A stretch of 63,817 nt of DNA, counting the filler, from Vannella sp. (Eukaryota), in the NCBI GenBank assembly GCA_023345925.1. It is 6 parts of 6 records of this genome, joined end to end, with 100 filler letters (N's around TTAATTAATTAA, not from the genome) between each part and the next. Parts side by side here need not be neighbours in the genome. Positions count along the whole stretch, not along the records: positions 50,103 to 63,817 come from JAJQQN010000135.1; 5 more parts are not named here. The stretch is one strand, 5' to 3'. A program made the translations under genes and the position numbers. The notes under the pieces are model-generated. The model ran no database searches. It saw only the letters and a program-made list of their open reading frames with translations, and had not been told where the DNA came from. Shown one piece after another: positions 51,283 through 62,694 of the stretch; position 1 is the first letter of the stretch, and every line of letters begins with the position of its first letter.

Positions 51283-53589
51283 ATGGGGACGCCAGCTGGG
51301 ATTGTGTGGCGGGGAACACTTCAATCGGCAAACAAGCGTATCAAGGAAGGACGTGCAACCTGTAAGACGGAGCAAATGATCGAGGATCTGGCGCGGCACC
51401 TTCGAAGTGGAGGGGAATGGCTCGTTTGTGGCGAGTTGATGATGGAACTCTTCGACTTGACCGTCTTTTATGAAGAACCGTCGTCTTCTTACCCTTTGGA
51501 CTGTGATCAGCTGCTTCTAACGCTGCTACAATGTCTAACCGAAGAAGGGAAGGTCCTCTTTGACCAAGTCTTTGTTCGGAAGACTCTCCGCGCGTTCCAG
51601 CTTCGTTGCTCGGTGGAGAGTACTACAAAGGAGACTCGTGACTTGAAAAGAACCTGGAAAAGTATCCTCCATCAAGTATACGCTCGCCTGCCCGAACATC
51701 GGCCCTATTTGTACGAGACCTTCATCGAGTACTTCGTGTTCATCGCACAGCATGCTCGCAAGGCTTCCTCTAGTGCCCAGCTACGCTTCATTCCAGGAAT
51801 GGCTCCTGAAGCTGTCGATCCGGACGAGAAGCTCATCGCCGGCCTCTTTGGATTGGCTGAACTGCTCGAAGTGATGGGCTCTGTCATCCAAGGATTCGAC
51901 ATTCCTCTTGCAAAGTCCCATACGGAACGTCTGCTTAACACTGGGTTGCTCCCCCTGCACGAGAACTGCATGACTTATGGTGAGACAGCCTGTGCCCTTC
52001 AAATCTACCATCGCTCTTTGACGTTTTGCGTCAGTGAGTTCGCTAAGAAGGACGAGAAGGTGTATGTGCAACTCCTGAATCGACTGTGTGTCTTCATTCC
52101 AAAGGCAATTAGTGGCGGGTTCAGCAAACCAGCCGTTTTCCTCATCAATGAGTGCGAGGAACTCCTTGAAAACCTGCCTAGGAAGGACTTTAACCGAGTG
52201 AAGAGCTCTTTCTTTGATATGGTGCTTCGTTCGATTGACAATCTCAATTATGCTATTGCACAGAGGTCTCTTTTACTGCTTAACTCGGCCATTGTTCGTT
52301 CCTTGTGCCTTGAAGTCTTCGAGTACTTCAATAGCCACGTCGTTCCTGTTCTCTTACGTGTCTCAGAGAAGCATTGGAATGATACAACCAAGCAGATGAG
52401 TTACCAGAGTCTCGAGTACTTTAGTAATCAGCCCAATAACCTTATTGTGAGAAACTCCAACTTCATGGCCTTGAGAGAGTCTTACTCTGGAAGGTGGAAA
52501 GCGGAAGCTGCGTCAGAAGCGCGGAAACTAAGGCGGATGATGGTTCCTAAGGACGGAGTCTCTTTCAATCAACTGGTCTTTGTCACCAAGCTGGGAGAAG
52601 GAAGCTATTCTGAAGTCCACCACGTTCGCCGAATCGACCATTCTGTGTCACAGCTCTACTGGGAAGACTATGCTCTCAAAGTAATGAATAGAGACATGCT
52701 CATTGATCAAGGATATCTAGATAACGCTCTTCGTGAGGTTCGACTTCTTCGAGACTCTTTCAGACAACACCCGAACGTTATCCGCCTTATCAGCGAGTTT
52801 GAAGAGTCCCACAAGATCTATTTGATGATGGAGTTTGCTCCTCAAGGAGATCTCTTCAGTGTGCTCGAGCGTTTGGGAACGGTGGACGTCAACTACTCGC
52901 GTTTTGTGTTGTCCCAAGTTTGCAATGCGTTGGAATTCATTCATTCCAAGTCAGTGCTTCACTTGGACATCAAACCTGAGAATATCTTGATTTCCCAATC
53001 GGGTTTGATGAAACTAACGGACTTTGGTTCGGCTGTGGAGTTGAATGATCTTCAATACGCTGGCGCTCTTCAAGGAACTGCGGAATACCTTTCCCCTTCA
53101 CTGGTAGCTGGGGAAACTCCCTGTCAGGGTGATGATGTTTGGTCTCTCGGATGCCTCCTCTACCAGCTCTTGGCAGGGACTGCTCCCTTCAACGCTACAG
53201 ACAAAGACTCTTTGTTCGCAAAGATCTCTGCTCGGCAATTGTTCTTTCCCTATTCGTTCCCAAGCGATGCCAGAGACCTTGTCAGTAGAATCTTCTGCTT
53301 GGGACAGGAGAAGTACATCCCAACATCCCTCTCTGATGTGAAAACGCATCCGTTCTTCCAGGGAGTTCAATGGTCCTCTATCAACACTGGCGCTATTCCA
53401 ACACCACAAGAAGGCGCCATCAACACTTCCAACATTGATTTGAATCTCCGTCAACGCAAATACAGCATGTTGGCCACCCAGACCCTCCCCACCAAATACC
53501 AATATTCGGCCTTTTCCCTCCCACCAATTCCTGAGTCTTCTCCTTACGAAACACAAACGCCCGAGAAGTCTTCCAACTTCGACCATTAA
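51283..53589 (+). CDS. PP2A B56 (B') regulatory-subunit-like domain fused to a PDK1/AGC-like Ser/Thr kinase; start uncertain
   Basis: B56-like: KSILHQVY, GLAELLEVMGSVIQGFDIPL, LLPLH, YHRSLTFCVSEF, VFLINECEELL, IAQRSL, HWN. Kinase: LGEGSYSEV, YALKVM, HLDIKPENIL, DFG, GTAEYLSP, DVWSLG, HPFF. One uninterrupted ORF. Confidence 0.85.
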   Translation: MGTPAGIVWRGTLQSANKRIKEGRATCKTEQMIEDLARHLRSGGEWLVCGELMMELFDLTVFYEEPSSSYPLDCDQLLLTLLQCLTEEGKVLFDQVFVRKTLRAFQLRCSVESTTKETRDLKRTWKSILHQVYARLPEHRPYLYETFIEYFVFIAQHARKASSSAQLRFIPGMAPEAVDPDEKLIAGLFGLAELLEVMGSVIQGFDIPLAKSHTERLLNTGLLPLHENCMTYGETACALQIYHRSLTFCVSEFAKKDEKVYVQLLNRLCVFIPKAISGGFSKPAVFLINECEELLENLPRKDFNRVKSSFFDMVLRSIDNLNYAIAQRSLLLLNSAIVRSLCLEVFEYFNSHVVPVLLRVSEKHWNDTTKQMSYQSLEYFSNQPNNLIVRNSNFMALRESYSGRWKAEAASEARKLRRMMVPKDGVSFNQLVFVTKLGEGSYSEVHHVRRIDHSVSQLYWEDYALKVMNRDMLIDQGYLDNALREVRLLRDSFRQHPNVIRLISEFEESHKIYLMMEFAPQGDLFSVLERLGTVDVNYSRFVLSQVCNALEFIHSKSVLHLDIKPENILISQSGLMKLTDFGSAVELNDLQYAGALQGTAEYLSPSLVAGETPCQGDDVWSLGCLLYQLLAGTAPFNATDKDSLFAKISARQLFFPYSFPSDARDLVSRIFCLGQEKYIPTSLSDVKTHPFFQGVQWSSINTGAIPTPQEGAINTSNIDLNLRQRKYSMLATQTLPTKYQYSAFSLPPIPESSPYETQTPEKSSNFDH

Positions 53590-53690
53590 AGTGACAGCTC
53601 CACTCTGATTGGTTGTTGGTGGAGATATTTTCCTTTTTTGGGATTTGGTCTGGGAGGGCGGTGTTTTGGTCATTTGATAACCGGCCGGCC

Positions 53691-56269
53691 ATGGACTTTG
53701 ACAGAGAGCAAGTCGGTGACCAGATTCAGGCTCGTATTCAGCAGGAGCAAGCCTGGGTACTTATTCAGCAACGTGTGAGTGGTTTGACTTGCTTTTGGTC
53801 GGTTTACTGAACGGGCGAAACGGTAGTGCTTCACTCGTTGGTGCAATACCTTCTTGACAGAGCGAATGATGAAGATTGACAACCTGGAGACCGACTTGGC
53901 CGATGGTATCATCTTCATCAACCTGCTGGAGGAGATTTCCGCCAAGATCGTCTCCCCCAAGTACAACAAGAACCCTCGTATCCGAGCTCAGAAGCTGGAG
54001 AACCTCTCCTTCTGCTTCCGCTTCTTGAAAGAGGAGCAGATTAAGCTTGTCGGCATGGGACCTGAGGACTTGTGCGATGGCAACCTCAAGCTCACCCTTG
54101 GTCTCATCTGGACGCTCATTCTTCGCTTCCAAATCCAACGAGGAGACTCTAACAGTAGTGCTAAGAACGCCCTCTTGGAGTGGGTCCGTTCTAAGATCCC
54201 AGAATACGACATCAAGAACTTCACCTCCGACTGGCAGAGCGGCAAGGCTATCTACGCTCTTGCTAATGCAGTGGAGCCTGGTGTCTTACCTGCTGATGGT
54301 ATGACCGTAAGTGCACCGAATGCCTTCACCAAAGTCCTGACTCCTCCCTTCAGAACAATGCTTTGGACAACTGCGCCCGAACCTTCTCCACCTGCGAGGA
54401 GAAGATGAAGATCCCTCAGGTCATTGACCCTGCTGACATGGCTGATAGCCCTGATGAGCTCGCCAACATGACGTACATCTCTTACTTCCGCGACTACGTA
54501 AGCTCACGCCCTTCCATGATGATCGCCTTGCTCACCTGTTTGTCAGCTGGAGCGTTGCCGTAACGAGGAGGAAGAGGAACGCCTTCGTCGCAGTAAGTTG
54601 AAGGTCTGGCTTGTTGTGAGTGTATGCTGACTTGCATTAGCTGCTGTTGCTGGCAACTGCAAGGCCTATGGACCTGGACTTGAAGGAGGAGAGGCTCATG
54701 TCGCCACGGAGTTCACCATTGAGGCTATCAACGCCAAGGGACAGCGATGCCCATGTGGTGGACATCCCTTCTCAGTCAAGGTCAAGTCCCCCAAGGACAA
54801 CGTGCCCGTGAACATCATCGATAACGAGGATGGCACTTACCGCGTCGAGTACACCCCCACCGACCAAGGTCTTCACCAGATTGCCGTCCAATTGGGTGAT
54901 AAGCACATTCCCGGAAGCGCCTTCAAGGTGGTCATCCGCCCCGCAAGTAAGCTTCTCCTCCAACCGGGAAACTCTCCTCACACCTGCTGCAGCCCCCGAT
55001 GCCTCCCAATGCAAGGCCTACGGACCTGGTCTGGAAGGTGCTGAGATTGGAAAGGAAGCTCCTTTCACAGTGGAGATGCGCAACCGCAATGGCGAGCCCA
55101 TTCCCACCGGCGGCCAGAACTTGGACGTGAAGGTGACTGGTCCTTTCGGTGACGTGCCCGTAGAGAAGAAGGATAACAACGATGGCACTCACTCCCTCTC
55201 CTACAAGCCCCTCGATATTGGAAACTACACCATTGAGGTCAAGCTCGATGGCGCCCCCATCGCTAACAGCCCCTACCACGTGCAAGCAGAGGCTGCTGAG
55301 GGATGTAAGCTTTGCACTCTCTCTCCTTCTGACCTCTCCTGACGTGTACTTTGTGTAGCTGCCAATGCCCAGAACTCTTACGCTGAGGGACCCGGTTTGG
55401 AAGACGGAAACTCCACTGCGGAGCCCACTCAGTACACCATCTACACCGTTGACAAGGATGGCAACCCTTGCAAGACTGGTGGCAGCCCCATTGATGTGGA
55501 GATTGTCGGCCCTGAGGGTGATCCCGTGGACGCTGATGTCAAGGACAACCAGGATGGTACCTACACTGTCAAGTACCACCCCACTGATGCTGGAGAGTAC
55601 ACCATCGAGAACGTTCTCCGCAATCCCTTCCAGCCCATGCATTACGAACACATCAAGAACTCTCCCAAGGTCGTTAATGTCGTTGCTGGCTCTGACCCCA
55701 GCTCCACGTACGCTCATGGACCTGGTCTTGAGGACGGTATCCTCGATACCCTCCCCACTGAGTTCTACATCCAGTCTGCCGACCGCGATGGCAAGAAGAT
55801 GGACAAGGGCGGTGACGACTTCGACGTGAAGATTAAGGACGCCAACGGCAACGATGTCCCCTTCGATGTCAAGGACAACGAAGACGGCACCTACACCGTC
55901 GCTTACAAGCCCAACGGACCTGGCAAGCAGACTGTCGACGTCAACTTGCGTGGCAAGCCCATCAAGAATGCGCCTTTCACGGTCAACATCAAGGCTGGAT
56001 CCTCTGCGGCCTTCTCTGTGGTGGAGAACTACACTTTCACAATCCAAGCCAAGACCTCAGCCGGCGAGAACCGCGTGGAGGGCGGAGAGGACTTCAAGGT
56101 GACCATCACTGGTGCCAACGGACCTGTCGACACCGTAGAGCTCACTGACAAGGGAGACGGAAAGTACTTTGTGTCCTACTCTCTTCCTGACGCTGCTGGC
56201 GAGTACAGCATCGCCGTCACTGTCAACGGAGAGAACATTAAGGGAAGCCCCTGGAAGCAGGTGGTGTAG
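53691..56269 (+). CDS. Filamin / gelation factor ABP-120-like actin cross-linker (2 CH domains plus about 5 filamin Ig repeats)
   Basis: WVLIQQR|CFTRWCN, DLADGIIFINLLEEIS, NLKLTLGLIWTLILRFQI, LLEWV; repeats AYGPGLEG...DNxDGTYxVxY...IxGSPF/W. Confidence 0.95.
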
Positions 56270-56324
56270 GCCAACCCAATCTAATCTCTCTAAACACATT
56301 GATTCATTCATTCATTGCAACTCT

Positions 56325-58469
56325 TCACCATTCCATCAAGAGCTCGTGTACATTGGGGTCGGTAAAGCGCCTGGCGGGATCCGTCTTGTACCGCCAAGAG
56401 TAACAATCGGACATGTCTTCGTCAGACCCCACCATACTCGCCAAAGGGTGCCTCTCCTCCACTGTAGACTGGGAAAAGTACTCCATCACATCACTTCCAA
56501 AGAGAATGGCGTTGGCGCCCAACCAAATGAGAATGTACACGGGAATGGCCGTCCACGCGATCACACGAGGCCCGTGGGAGAAGAAGAAGAACACCCAACA
56601 CACAAACGTGAGTACCAACGACACATTGATGAAGAGAACAAACCGGAAGACCATCCGACGGCTGTCCCCGGGTTCGTAACGACACCACATGACGATGGCG
56701 TTCTTGTCCGCAAACAGATTCATCGCGTAGGCTAACACCCCGCATGCTGCTACCATAGGAACCACAGGTGCAAAGGTCATAATCATAGCAAAGTAGACAG
56801 TCTCCTTGGCAAAGCAAACAAAATACCAAAACTGCACCGGATTGAAGATCTCTCTTCTCTCGTCTTTGGTGGTGTCGTGTTTGATCCACATAAGTACAAA
56901 TCGTAGTAGAATAGCACCTACACGCCAGACAGTGAAAGCTGCATCAAAGAGACCCAGTGCGATGAGATAACTACAATAGTAGGAACCATAGAGTGCCCAA
57001 TCTAGTCCCACAAAGGCAGAGAATAAGGGATTGGTGACAGAGTTGTCATCACTAAGGATCGCTTGTAACAGGTCGATACCTCCTGAGAAGAGCAAATAGA
57101 AGATATACAAGTTAAAGATCACAAAGATCCAATATTTGACTAACGCAGCCGCCATCAGCCCGGACTTGCTCCGATGCACTTCAAAATCAGACAGTAGCAA
57201 GCAGACAAGGGGAATAATAGCCAAGACAATCACCTGTAGCAACACAGGAGCCAAGCTCTGCGCCACTCCATAAAGGAAAGGAGAATAGTCCAAAAATTGG
57301 TCCAAATAAGGACCCACATACGGTATCAGCGTCAAGTTATCCAGATTACTTAAGAACGCCACAGGAATTGTCCAAAACAAAGCTAAAAATAGAACAAACG
57401 CAGCGCCGGCCACTTGGATGATTAAACGCCAAGTCCGAGAGGAATTGAGATTCGTCCAAATAATGTCTTCTGGAGGCTGCACTCCGTTGAATTTCCACAG
57501 ATTAGACCCAAGAGACTGAGGCAGAGCCATACTAGGCCAATTACGAACCACCTTTTGCTTGTCCCGAACTGACTTGAAAGTGACAAAAGCGAATCCGCTG
57601 TGTTCGAGCTTTTCTAGAGCCTCGCGCTGTTTCTGTGCGACCTCTTGGTCGAGAGTCTTGAGTCTGTCTTCGTAGTATTCGATAGCATCGACTCGCTTGC
57701 GGCAAAGAAGGATGCCGGGGATGTAATACGAAGAGGGACGGAAGAACGGGCGCTCTCCGCTCTCCTCGTGCATGTGCTGGTAGCCAGAGAGTGACTTTTG
57801 AGAGAGAAGTCTCTCTTGCTGCTTATAGATGAGATCAGGGGCCTTCCAAACGATGGAGACGCTCTGAACGCGACAATCTGCTTGTTGAGAGATGAGGCGT
57901 TCGATGGCGGCTTCGTCACACACGCCAGAGGGGATGTCATGAAGCTGTGCTACTTGCAAGTGTCCTCCACCGATCGTACGATACATCGCCTGCTTGCGGA
58001 CGCAGTTCCGGCGGTGGAAGGTGAGGAGGACGAGGAAGCCTAATCCTATGAGTACAGTGAAGCAGAACACCAGCCAGCTCACTTCTGAGTTAGCTGGTAT
58101 TGATAGAGCAGTGGCAGAGTCAAAGGTGGACTGCGGGGGCCCTTGGGAGACGTACACGGGCGCGATAGCGCCCATCCCCAAGGCGGCCACGATGAAGAGG
58201 AAGAGAAGCGAAGTCTCCTTCCATTGAAGGAGTACAGCTCCGTTGATACCTGCATGTCGTAGCATCGTCTTCCCTCGAAGACAGAGAAGAGGGAAGATCC
58301 AGCTCACAAGCGTGTGCTGGGAGGGATCGTTCTCCATTCGCGGGAAGTAGACGTGCGGGAACCTCTTCCTCACTACCAGCCAGATGGGCATGGCCACGAG
58401 AAACACCACTGCAGAGAAGACAAACGTCGTCAGCAAGCCCTCGTTGGTCTCCTCCGCTGTCGGCCTCAT
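56325..58469 (-). CDS. OSCA/TMEM63 (CSC1-like) calcium-permeable mechanosensitive channel, intronless
   Basis: RKRFPHVYFPR, SGFAFVTF, PPEDIIWTNL, LFWTIPVAFL, and many TM helices. Confidence 0.9.
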   Translation of the reverse strand: MRPTAEETNEGLLTTFVFSAVVFLVAMPIWLVVRKRFPHVYFPRMENDPSQHTLVSWIFPLLCLRGKTMLRHAGINGAVLLQWKETSLLFLFIVAALGMGAIAPVYVSQGPPQSTFDSATALSIPANSEVSWLVFCFTVLIGLGFLVLLTFHRRNCVRKQAMYRTIGGGHLQVAQLHDIPSGVCDEAAIERLISQQADCRVQSVSIVWKAPDLIYKQQERLLSQKSLSGYQHMHEESGERPFFRPSSYYIPGILLCRKRVDAIEYYEDRLKTLDQEVAQKQREALEKLEHSGFAFVTFKSVRDKQKVVRNWPSMALPQSLGSNLWKFNGVQPPEDIIWTNLNSSRTWRLIIQVAGAAFVLFLALFWTIPVAFLSNLDNLTLIPYVGPYLDQFLDYSPFLYGVAQSLAPVLLQVIVLAIIPLVCLLLSDFEVHRSKSGLMAAALVKYWIFVIFNLYIFYLLFSGGIDLLQAILSDDNSVTNPLFSAFVGLDWALYGSYYCSYLIALGLFDAAFTVWRVGAILLRFVLMWIKHDTTKDERREIFNPVQFWYFVCFAKETVYFAMIMTFAPVVPMVAACGVLAYAMNLFADKNAIVMWCRYEPGDSRRMVFRFVLFINVSLVLTFVCWVFFFFSHGPRVIAWTAIPVYILIWLGANAILFGSDVMEYFSQSTVEERHPLASMVGSDEDMSDCYSWRYKTDPARRFTDPNVHELLMEW

Positions 58470-58615
58470 CCCAAAGAATGACCAGTTTCCCGCCTTTTTC
58501 GGTTTTCTTCTTGTTTCCGGCGCGTTCAAGGCATTCAGAAGCTTTAATCTATGAATCAGCAAACCCCTGTGACAGTAGAATGACCCAATGGGAGTGGGCG
58601 ACGGGTAATCGGGCA

Positions 58616-61600
58616 CTAATTGTCAGTCAAAGTCATTTTGGGTTTGATGCCCATCGCCATCAATTCCTGCACGAGCAGCTTGAAGGCATAAGGGATCTTC
58701 AGCTTGGAGATGTGAGCCGCTGTTTTACAGTATTGGCAGCCGCCAGCGTATCCCAGAAGGCCACATTGCTAGAATGGGAGTGGATTGAGTGAGAGTGTCT
58801 GGTCCCTTTCCCTAGTTACTGCTTACCTTGCAGATGAAGGCTTCGAATTGGTCGCTGCAGATCATTAGGCGTTCAATGAGAAGAGCAGAGGCTCCGTAGG
58901 CAATCAAACAGTCGCGCTCCATCTCTCCCAAACGGAGGCCGCCATTGCGTGACCGTCCTTCCGTTGGCTGACGAGTGAGCGAAGTGCGGGGTCCCCGGGA
59001 ACGGGCATGCATCTTGTCCAAGACCATGTGCTTCAGCTTCTGGTAGTAAACAGGACCGCAGAAGATGTAGCCCTCCAAGGCCTCCCCAGTGATACCGGAA
59101 GTGACATAGTCCTTACCCGAGTAACTGAATCCTTTGCTCACAAGAAGGTCTGAGATCGCTGAGACTTTGTCACCTGCAAAGGCTGTGCCGTAACGGAATT
59201 TGCCATCGTGTAGACACGCCTTTCCTGCTAACAGCTCAATCATCTTTCCAACGGTCATTCGAGATGGGAATCCGTGAGGGTTCATGATAAGATCCGGACG
59301 GACACCCTGCAGACAGTGGTTAGAAGGTGGATTGATTGGTGAGGGAATACGGACACTCTCGCTGAAGGGAAGGTCTTCTTCGTTGACAATGAGGCCGACG
59401 ACACCCTTTTGACCGTGTCTAGAGCTGAACTTGTCACCCAATTCTGGCCTTCGGACATGTCGGGTGAGGGTTTTGATGATGACTGGTTCGTCTTCGTTAG
59501 CAGACAGCATCACAGTGTCAATGAACACTGGCGCTGCCCCCTTGAAAGTGGTTGGGGAGGGCTTGTAGCTCATTGCTGCTTTCCCTTCTGCCAAGTTGGG
59601 CATCGTTTCAGGTACTGGAACTTCCTTATAAACCATGGCATCCCCTGGGTTGATTTGCTCTCCAGGAGAGGCAATACCATCAACATCTAGAGCCTGTACT
59701 TCCGTTAGGAGCTATCCCTATTGCAATGAGAAACATACGTTCAGGTTATCTCGGAAGAGAGCGCTATCAGGTGGTGCAACGATGCGCTCAGCCGTCTGAT
59801 CATCTAATTGCTTTGCGTTTGTGGTGTAGCGCTTAGTGAGAACGCACCGCCCAAAGCCCCGGTCAACACTGGCTTTGTTGAGGACGATGGCATCCTCAAT
59901 ATCATACCCAGAATAACTCATTACCATGATACTGGCATTATTACCAGCAGGCAGCTTCTCAAAATTGATAAGCTCGATAGTCTTGGTCTTCACAAGAGGT
60001 CTTTGAGGGTACACGAGCAAGTACAAGATTGTATCCATTCGCCGCTGCTGGTTATCAGCGATAACACCCATTGCCTGCTTACCCATAGCACATTGATAAG
60101 TGTTACGAGGGGATTGGTTATGATGGGGGTAAGGGATAAGCCCGGCAACTGCTCCAAGTAGAGTCAATGGGTCAATTTCAAGATGAGTTGTCTTCTCGTG
60201 GATTTCCTCGGGCTGCAAACTGATGTAGCAGTCGTTCTCTTCATTGACATCGAGATACTCGATCAAACCTTGCGTTATAAAGTCATCGAAACTGATAACT
60301 CCTTCCTTGAGGAGTTCAAGGTCCTCTGCCTTGACCATAATCTCGCGATTCTTCACGATAATAAGCGGGCGGCAGAGGCGGCCTCCATCAGAGGCAATTT
60401 GAACAGAGTTTCCTGCGCGGTTGAAGAAAACGGAAACAAATTCACCCAGTTTGCCTCGACGACGGAGAAGCCGCAGGTTCCGTAGAAGTGCTTCTGGACT
60501 CTTGTGAATACCCAGTAACATGCCGTTGAGGAATACCAAACTGGATCCTTCACGATAAAGATCTTCTCCAGTCAACAGGCGGATGTCTTCAACTCCAAGG
60601 CTCAGTCCTAAGGTGGCGATGGGCTCAGCTTCCTGTTCCACGGTGACGTGAGTCAGAAGGGCCAGATTTTTTACCAGTCCACAGCTCTCTCCTTCTGGAG
60701 TGTCACTTGGGCACAGCATTCCCCACTGAGAGGCTTGGAGAGCACGAGGTCCGGACACTTTCCGCGTCTTCTCGAATTGAGATTGAATGCGGGTCATCAT
60801 TCCCAAGGCAGAGATGAAAGAAAGACGCGAAAGGACTTGTGTGATGCCCTGGCGGTTCACCTTAAAGCGGTCAAGAGTCCAATTTCCAGTTGAAATAGAC
60901 GTGTTCAACCCGTTAGTGATCGTCTTTCGGCGCATTGTCCGAGTGATATCGAAAGGTCCTGCCCTAGTTTGTCTTTCCAAGCTCTTCTTGGCAGCGCTTT
61001 TGAGCTCGTTGTTGTAGAGCTTGAAGAGATCTTCGAAAAGAATGGAAACCAATTGCCCTGCTAACTCTAAGCGCTTGTTACCGTAGTAGTCTTTGTCGTC
61101 CAGGGCAGAGTTATCCGCCTGCGCCCGGATAATCATGCGGACCATGAGAGCCAAATAGATGTACTTGGGTCGGAAGTCGTAGTTGATGACATCAACGTGT
61201 CCGAGGATGACTTGAACAAGGAGTTCACGGGCTTCCTCTGTCTTGGTCTGTTTCCTGTAGCTGATGCGCTTGGTGAGTTTGGAACCGATATATTCCTATC
61301 AACAAAGAGTAAGAATCACTTCAACATTGAGAGAGAGAGAGAGCCTCACCAGAGCTTGCTCTTTGGTGAAGATGTTAAGTTTGGAACACTGTTCGAGAGA
61401 ACCAGCGATCCCATTCAGGTAGATCGTCTCAGAGCCTACTAATTGAACGATTTCCTGGTCACTCTCCAAAGAGAGAGCCTTCAGAATCACCACAACTGGG
61501 ATATCAATTGTGAAGGAGTTGTGTTTCATGAAGATGTTGTTGTTCTTGACGTAAACGTAGGTCTTGCTCTTACTCTTATGGGTAGAACTTGTCACAGAAG

Positions 61601-62390
61601 CACAGAGAAAACCTTTGGAGTCTCGCTTTAGGAATGTTAGGGTTAGGGTTTAAGCATGATTGAGGTGCCTTACCTCCAGAATGATTCGGTTCTTGGAGAT
61701 CTGCTCGTGAATGAGGATGACCTTCTCTGTTCCACGAACAATAAAGTAACCGCCAGGGTCTTGAGGACACTCGCCTACGCTGGTGAGCTGGGCGGGGTTC
61801 AGATTGTACAGAATGCAGCGGTTGCTCCCCAGCATGATGGGGATTCGTCCGATCTCCACGTTCTCTCGTCTTCTGATCTCGTTTTGAATAGAGTAACGAA
61901 CGTCCACGATGATAGGAGCAGAGTAAGTCAGGTCCCGCAAGCGGCACTCATGCGGAGTGATCTTCTCCGTAACCGAGTCCATGTCCACCAGATCAGGTGT
62001 ACCTACTCGTATATCTGTGTACTCGAGAAAGAAGTCATCAAACTCCTCAATGGTGATGCGCTTGTTGGCTTGGAGGATCTTCTTCAGTTCCACGTCGATG
62101 AAGTAGTTGAAGGAGTCCAGGTGTTGCTTCACAAGCCCTTTCACTTTGAGGAACGCAGGAAGCAAACGCCACTTCTCTTCAATGGACTTGATCGGAGCAG
62201 TGCGCTTGAGGGGGTCGTACAAGTCGGCGTGGAAAGCGTCATCTTCCAGCTGCTTCTCACCCAGAGACCCATCCTTTGTCCGATCCTGTCGACTTTCCCC
62301 GTCATCTACTTGCTCTTTCTTCACATCTGTCGGAGCAACAGGCGCGGGCACTTTCGGCGCAAACTTGCCCGCCACCTTCGGCTTGAACAT
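58616..62390 (-). CDS. POLR3B: RNA polymerase III second-largest subunit, multi-exon
   Basis: [84 protein letters not shown]. Inferred TAG at 58616-58618. Confidence 0.96.
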
Positions 62391-62487
62391 GCCAAATAAT
62401 GAATCCCCCTTCAAAACCGCATTATTTTCAATACTATCAAATGGAGTTGATATGGTTGACAACTGAACCCCACTTTGACCTTTTCAG

Positions 62488-62523
62488 CCAGCCAATCAGA
62501 GAGGCCCTTTGCTGATTGGTTGG
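62488..62523. promoter_or_regulatory. Inverted pair of CCAAT boxes in the divergent RPC2/histone intergenic region
   Basis: CCAGCCAATCAG ... CTGATTGGTTGG, an inverted repeat with one mismatch in 12 bp. Confidence 0.45.
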
Positions 62524-62663
62524 TTTCTTGACGTGGCATTCTCCTTTCTCCTTCAATGAGACTCCCAGAACTTCTTTACTTGCGGAAGTGCTTTGTTCAT
62601 TCGGTAGCCCGGAACTCTGGCACGTTTTGGTGGACAGCAAAGAGAACGAAAAAATCCAAAAGA

Positions 62664-62690
62664 TTTCTTTCTTTCTTTCTTTCTTTCTTC
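62664..62690 (+). repeat. (TTTC)n microsatellite just upstream of the histone-like ATG
   Basis: TTTCTTTCTTTCTTTCTTTCTTTCTTC seen directly. Confidence 0.8.
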
Positions 62691-62694
62691 GTGA

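Noticed and set aside
54932..56047. 371-aa minus-strand ORF
   Set aside because: Antisense shadow of the codon-biased filamin repeats.
58616..62390. Viral RNA polymerase indicating a giant-virus insertion around the histone doublet
   Set aside because: It has Pol III-specific RPC2 motifs and several spliceosomal introns. No NCLDV hallmark genes are seen in the window.
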